Assembly: GCF_000011805.1 (NCBI RefSeq)
Contig: NC_006840.2
Length of the DNA: 32,000 bases
Origin: Aliivibrio fischeri ES114
Lineage (GTDB): Bacteria > Pseudomonadota > Gammaproteobacteria > Enterobacterales > Vibrionaceae
Direction: 5' to 3' (one strand)
The notes beneath the pieces are model-generated. The model saw only the letters and a list, made by a program, of their open reading frames with translations, was not told the DNA's origin and searched no databases. Positions 28,364 to 32,000 of the stretch are shown here, in pieces (position 1 is the stretch's first letter; each line of letters opens with the position of its first letter). A program made the translations under genes and the position numbers.

Positions 28364-29209
28364 TTACTGGCGAGCTAAACGTAAATTGTCTTTAGGTGCC
28401 AATAGGTGCGAGCTACGGAATGGATTGATATCGAGACCACCGCGTCGCGTATAACGAGCAAATACAGTTAATGATTCTGGTGCGCAATATTTCATAATAT
28501 CCGTGTAAATTCGTTCTACACATTGTTCATGAAACTCATTATGTTGACGGAAAGAGATTAAATAACGTAGTAGCTTCTCACGATCAATTTTTTTGCCTTT
28601 GTATTGAATTTCAACACTGCCCCAATCGGGTTGGTTTGTAATTAGGCAGTTAGATTTCAATAAATGACTGTGCAGTGTTTCTTCGATATTTACGTCAGAT
28701 GTACTTGACTCTAAATAAGCAGCATTGAACTCGTAGTCATCAATAATAATATCTTGATCATCAATGCATTCGCCCTGCATATCGACAATTGGCTGTTGTG
28801 AGTATCGTTGTACAGGGAATATATCTACTTTTACGGTTTCACCTGCACATGCACTTAAATCTTTTACCAATGTCTCTTTTACTTCATCCCATGAGGTGAA
28901 TTTTGTTTGGTTAAAACTGTTTAGATAAAGTTTAAACGATTTTGATTCAACAAGGTTTGGGCTCGTTGCAGGTAGTGCTACTTCACCAACAGCCACTTGT
29001 GGTAAACCATTTTGATTTAGCCACGACAGTTCATATAGCGTCCATACATCACAACCTACAAAAGGAAGTTCATCACCTAGTGCAAGATCATCACGATTAA
29101 GACTTCGAGGGACCGCTTGTAGTAATTCAGGCTCGTAAGTGTGTTTGTATTCTGTTTTTTGTCCAAGGGTCAGTGATTTTAGCTCATCTGCATTGGTGTA
29201 TTTAGTCAT
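28364..29209 (-). CDS. queF: NADPH-dependent 7-cyano-7-deazaguanine (preQ0) reductase, two-domain type
   Basis: 281 aa with the [12 protein letters not shown] and ...QPDWGSV...FHEQCVE motifs typical of QueF. Divergent from syd as in E. coli. Confidence 0.93.
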   Translation of the reverse strand: MTKYTNADELKSLTLGQKTEYKHTYEPELLQAVPRSLNRDDLALGDELPFVGCDVWTLYELSWLNQNGLPQVAVGEVALPATSPNLVESKSFKLYLNSFNQTKFTSWDEVKETLVKDLSACAGETVKVDIFPVQRYSQQPIVDMQGECIDDQDIIIDDYEFNAAYLESSTSDVNIEETLHSHLLKSNCLITNQPDWGSVEIQYKGKKIDREKLLRYLISFRQHNEFHEQCVERIYTDIMKYCAPESLTVFARYTRRGGLDINPFRSSHLLAPKDNLRLARQ

Positions 29210-29313
29210 ATTGAAAATACCAAAAGTAGATTAGAATAAGGCGTACTAAGTAGACAGCCTTTCGTTTAATATTGGATAGTTTACTTGAAATTTTATCTTA
29301 TGAGGAGAATCGA

Positions 29314-29865
29314 ATGCCACTTTCGGTAGAGCAAGCGCTTGCTAACTTTAGCCAACGTTATGTAGAAGCATGGAAAGCACAACATGATTGCTTGCCAATT
29401 AATGAAGAGTTAGTGGGATTAGCTTCTCCTTGTATTGAAGAAACGCGAGATTTAGAAATATCTTGGCAACCTATTGTTAGAGATGAAGCGATTCGTTTGC
29501 ATAATATTGAGCAAGGAATTGAACTGGATCTTCATGACGACTTCCATGCATTTTATGGCACTCAATATAGTGCGGATATGACAGCCAAGTTTGAAGATAT
29601 GAATATCGAACTTCTTCAAGTGTGGAGTGATGAGGATCTGGAGCGTTTGCAAGGCAATATGCTAGGTCATTTAGTCATGCAGCGTCGTCTGAAACTAGTA
29701 CCGACTTTATTTGTTGCTGTTACAGATGATGAAATGGAAGTCGTTTCTATTTGTAATCAATCTGGTGAAGTGATTTTAGATCGCGTTGGTACTAAAAATA
29801 GAACAGTATTAGCGGCGAATATGGCTGAGTTTTTAAATAAACTAGAGCCGGTTATTGCTGCATAG
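29314..29865 (+). CDS. syd: SecY-interacting protein Syd
   Basis: MPLSVEQALANFSQRYVEAWK... aligns with E. coli Syd ([21 protein letters not shown]). GAGGAG SD 7 nt upstream of ATG 29314. The TTG 29272 extension in the ORF track is rejected. Confidence 0.88.
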   Translation: MPLSVEQALANFSQRYVEAWKAQHDCLPINEELVGLASPCIEETRDLEISWQPIVRDEAIRLHNIEQGIELDLHDDFHAFYGTQYSADMTAKFEDMNIELLQVWSDEDLERLQGNMLGHLVMQRRLKLVPTLFVAVTDDEMEVVSICNQSGEVILDRVGTKNRTVLAANMAEFLNKLEPVIAA

Positions 29866-29889
29866 TTAATTGGTAAATGATTAAATCAA

Positions 29890-29922
29890 TTCCGGTGTAA
29901 TTACATCGGAATTTTTATTTTT
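29890..29922 (+). terminator. syd rho-independent terminator
   Basis: ttccggtgt-aatt-acatcggaa followed by tttttattttt. Confidence 0.75.
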
Positions 29923-29946
29923 AAAGTGGTTAGGAAAAGAGCGTTA

Positions 29947-30720
29947 ATGTTTGTTACTGAGTTAGATTTTGAAGTGTATTGTGATACTTCGATGGCAGCG
30001 GTAGAAAAGGCAATAAATTATTGTTTAGATTGCCTACGTTACAATGGACAAGTTATTGGGCGTGAACTGCCAGTTGTGATGAAAGGAACAAACTTTGTTG
30101 CTCGTGTTGTTTGTCCTGAAGTAGATTCATTACATCCAGACAATCACAGCCCACAAGTGAAATTAGCTTTCAAACAACTGAGTGAATTTGGATTATTACA
30201 ACCTAAGGTTAAAGTGGTTGGCCAAGACATGAATTCAGATCCTAGTGATGAGAGTGAAACCGTTAGTTGGCAAATACTTTATACTAGCCATTTACATACA
30301 TGTTCGCCTATTCGACATGGTGAAACATTTCAACCTATTCCATTATATCGTTTACCTGCGGTGGCTAATGGTGACCAAAAGCAGCTTATTAAATGGCAAG
30401 AAGATTGGAGTGCATGTGATCAATTACAGATGAATGGCTCTGTTGTTGAGCATCCTTCATTACATGAGATCAGTTCAAGCAAAAGTCACCTATTCAAACG
30501 TGGTTGGGATTTGTGTCGTCGTATGGCGGTGGTAAGTGGTATTCCAACGTATCTATACATTTATCGTGTGGCTGGCGAGAGTAAAGAGAAAGAGCAAGCA
30601 CGTCGTTGCCCTGTGTGTGATGGAGATTGGGCTTTAAAAGAACCGCTTCATGAAGTGTTTGATTTCAAATGTGATGAGTGCTTACTAGTAAGTAATTTGT
30701 CTTGGGACTTTAAAGACTAA
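29947..30720 (+). CDS. Uncharacterised protein with a C-terminal CxxC...CxxC zinc ribbon (DUF2310-like)
   Basis: CPVCDGDW...FKCDECLL at the C-terminus. ATG 29947 is preceded by AGGAAAAG. Family name is recalled from memory and not verified. Confidence 0.65.
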   Translation: MFVTELDFEVYCDTSMAAVEKAINYCLDCLRYNGQVIGRELPVVMKGTNFVARVVCPEVDSLHPDNHSPQVKLAFKQLSEFGLLQPKVKVVGQDMNSDPSDESETVSWQILYTSHLHTCSPIRHGETFQPIPLYRLPAVANGDQKQLIKWQEDWSACDQLQMNGSVVEHPSLHEISSSKSHLFKRGWDLCRRMAVVSGIPTYLYIYRVAGESKEKEQARRCPVCDGDWALKEPLHEVFDFKCDECLLVSNLSWDFKD

Positions 30721-30732
30721 GTTCAGTTGAAT

Positions 30733-30764
30733 AAAAATGGGAGCCTAGATGCTCCCATTTTTTA
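30733..30764. terminator. Bidirectional terminator between the Zn-ribbon gene and yaiI
   Basis: aaaatgggagc-ctagat-gctcccatttt with A/T runs on both sides. Confidence 0.7.
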
Positions 30765-31211
30765 TATCTTGGCTTTGGCTAAAATACGATCAAGCTGGTT
30801 TGCAAACTCTCTACGTTCTGTCTGAGAAAGAGGGGCTGGGCCACCAGTTTGAATGCCACTGGCACGCATTGTATCCATAAAATCACGGATATTTAATCGA
30901 GCTTTAATCGTCGCTTCTGTATATAGCTCACCACGAGGGTTGAGCACTTGTACTTTCTTTTCAATGAGCTCTGCAGCTAATGGGATATCGGCGCTGATCA
31001 CCAAATCGCCTGCTTCAGATCGTTTTACGATTTCATCATCAGCAACATCAAATCCCGCTTCTACCTGCATAGAACGAATATTGGCTGCACTTGGTACAGG
31101 AATATAATGGTTAGCCACTAAAGTTAATTGAATTCCAGTTCGAGTTGCAGCACGAAATAGCACTTCTTTTACCACTTTTGGACATGCATCAGCATCTACC
31201 CAAATTTGCAT
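30762..31211 (-). CDS. yaiI: UPF0178 protein YaiI/YqxD (DUF188)
   Basis: [22 protein letters not shown]...[10 protein letters not shown]...[14 protein letters not shown]...[17 protein letters not shown] is nearly collinear with E. coli YaiI. Confidence 0.88.
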   Translation of the reverse strand: MQIWVDADACPKVVKEVLFRAATRTGIQLTLVANHYIPVPSAANIRSMQVEAGFDVADDEIVKRSEAGDLVISADIPLAAELIEKKVQVLNPRGELYTEATIKARLNIRDFMDTMRASGIQTGGPAPLSQTERREFANQLDRILAKAKI

Positions 31212-31480
31212 TATTTATTCTCCAAAGCAATCAAGCGTTCTGTTAGCTCTTTTACTTGTTCTTCAAGTTGAGCAATACGTTCGTCTGCGGTTAATGAGGT
31301 TTCTCGAACTTCTATTTTGGGTACATGGGAAGTCGATTTAAAAGATTTTACCGCAGCAATAATCGCAGGCATTGGTATTTGGGTCGTTAAACGAGCTCGC
31401 ACTAGCGCTGTTGTTGGTTTTTTACCTTCATTGGTTAAATCTTGTAGGACTTTTTGCAGTTCATCCGTTACGTTTTTCAT
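31211..31480 (-). CDS. Small KfrA_N-like DNA-binding protein with a C-terminal coiled coil
   Basis: 89 aa. [17 protein letters not shown]...[10 protein letters not shown] fits the KfrA N-terminal HTH pattern (xEGKxPTxxxVRxxLG). The C-terminus [23 protein letters not shown] is heptad-like. Its stop overlaps the yaiI start (TAATG). Confidence 0.55.
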   Translation of the reverse strand: MKNVTDELQKVLQDLTNEGKKPTTALVRARLTTQIPMPAIIAAVKSFKSTSHVPKIEVRETSLTADERIAQLEEQVKELTERLIALENK

Positions 31481-31634
31481 TGTGACTTCCTATATTTCAG
31501 CTTTGCTTATAATAACGAATTCTATATACCGATCCAAATAAGTATTATTCTTTCTTAAAACTACAAAAGTGTGAACAAGATCGGTTTCTGTTTTCCTTTG
31601 TAACCTGATAAAAGTGGAAAAAACGGAATAGGCT

Positions 31635-31652
31635 TGTGCGAGATCTCTCACG
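31635..31652 (+). promoter_or_regulatory. UvrY/GacA(VarA)-type upstream activating box for the CsrB-like RNA
   Basis: TGTGCGAGATCTCTCACG is an imperfect inverted repeat centred on AGATCT. It has 15/18 identity to the UvrY site I recall upstream of E. coli csrB (TGTGAGAGATCTCTTACA) and relates to TGTAAG-N6-CTTACA. It lies about 150 nt upstream of the putative sRNA start, with A/T tracts in between. Confidence 0.6.
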
Positions 31653-31797
31653 CAAGAGGTGAGAAATATCGTTTTTTTCATCATAAATATTGATGTGGCT
31701 ATATTTAACTTGTTGTTAATTAAGTTTTTTTGTTTTTTTGAATCGATTGGGATAAAAATAAAGATAAAAAATATGCTGCTAGACTATTGTTCAAAAA

Positions 31798-32000
31798 AGT
31801 CAAAAGCGTAGTCTTATTGGTGTCGGAAGGATACTGACACGGAACAGGAACTAGCCAAGGATTTGGTAAGCTTCAGGATGAAGCATTCGGTTATTTAGGA
31901 TGAATAATCGGCAAGGAAAGCAAAGGACATTGAACGGACGCAATAGTAACTAGGATGGTTGCTACTAAGGAAGACAATGGATACCTCTAGGATAGAGGAA
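31798..32000 (+). ncRNA. csrB: CsrB-family CsrA-sequestering sRNA, 5' portion (continues beyond window)
   Basis: About 15 GGA motifs in about 180 nt, many as AGGAT/AGGAA in the loops of short hairpins (gcttcAGGATgaagc, cctctAGGATagagg, agtaactAGGATggttgct, gtgtcGGAAGGATACtgacac). No ORF. Possible -10 is TATTGT/TAGACT at 31780-31790. Near syd, as csrB is in E. coli. The 5' end is approximate. Confidence 0.75.

Noticed and set aside
29272-29313. TTG-initiated 14-codon N-terminal extension of syd, with similar extensions of xni (22704-22748), csdA (18918-18932) and the TPR gene (28266-28292)
   Set aside because: Homologue N-termini or signal-peptide logic and SD placement favour the internal ATG starts.
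31490-31684. 64-aa ORF on the minus strand between the KfrA_N-like gene and the CsrB-like RNA
   Set aside because: No SD. The sequence is AT-rich and of low complexity. It overlaps the UvrY/GacA-type box and promoter-upstream tracts, so it is better explained as regulatory DNA.
1-32000. Scan for CRISPR arrays, transposase/integrase genes, tRNA/rRNA genes, prophage or known defence-system gene signatures
   Set aside because: None recognised. The only tandem repeats are the 7-bp array at 21911-21938 and homopolymers. All large ORFs have housekeeping or signalling assignments.

Overview
AT-rich gammaproteobacterial core-chromosome segment, most consistent with a Vibrionaceae (Aliivibrio fischeri-like) genome. 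That assignment is an inference from protein similarity patterns and from a bacterial alternative oxidase with an NsrR-type operator. From about 3.1 kb onward the window is collinear with the E. coli K-12 b2822-b2792 region: recC-recB-recD, argA, mltA, tcdA, csdE-csdA, gcvB/gcvA, ygdD-rlmM, xni, ppnN, queF, syd, csrB. The left end carries yebG (partial, with a LexA box), aox, a LysR regulator and a TehA/SLAC1-type membrane protein. Two sRNA genes invisible to the ORF track are recognisable: GcvB, and the 5' part of a CsrB-type GGA-repeat RNA with an upstream UvrY/GacA-type box. Lineage-specific genes sit at breaks in the E. coli gene order: an SMR exporter (recD|argA), a small membrane-anchored protein (argA|mltA), a TPR/degenerate-GGDEF membrane protein plus a coiled-coil SGEEF diguanylate cyclase (ppnN|queF), and a Zn-ribbon protein plus a translationally coupled KfrA_N-like/YaiI pair (syd|csrB). 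I saw no transposase, integrase, CRISPR array, tRNA/rRNA gene or recognisable defence island. I do not see a convincing wholly novel multi-gene system. The best follow-up candidates are the small-protein/YaiI pair, the c-di-GMP gene tandem, a G11 tract inside mltA, a (GGGACTA)n heptamer that supplies the stop codons of two genes, and a GC-rich structured element filling the recC-recB gap.
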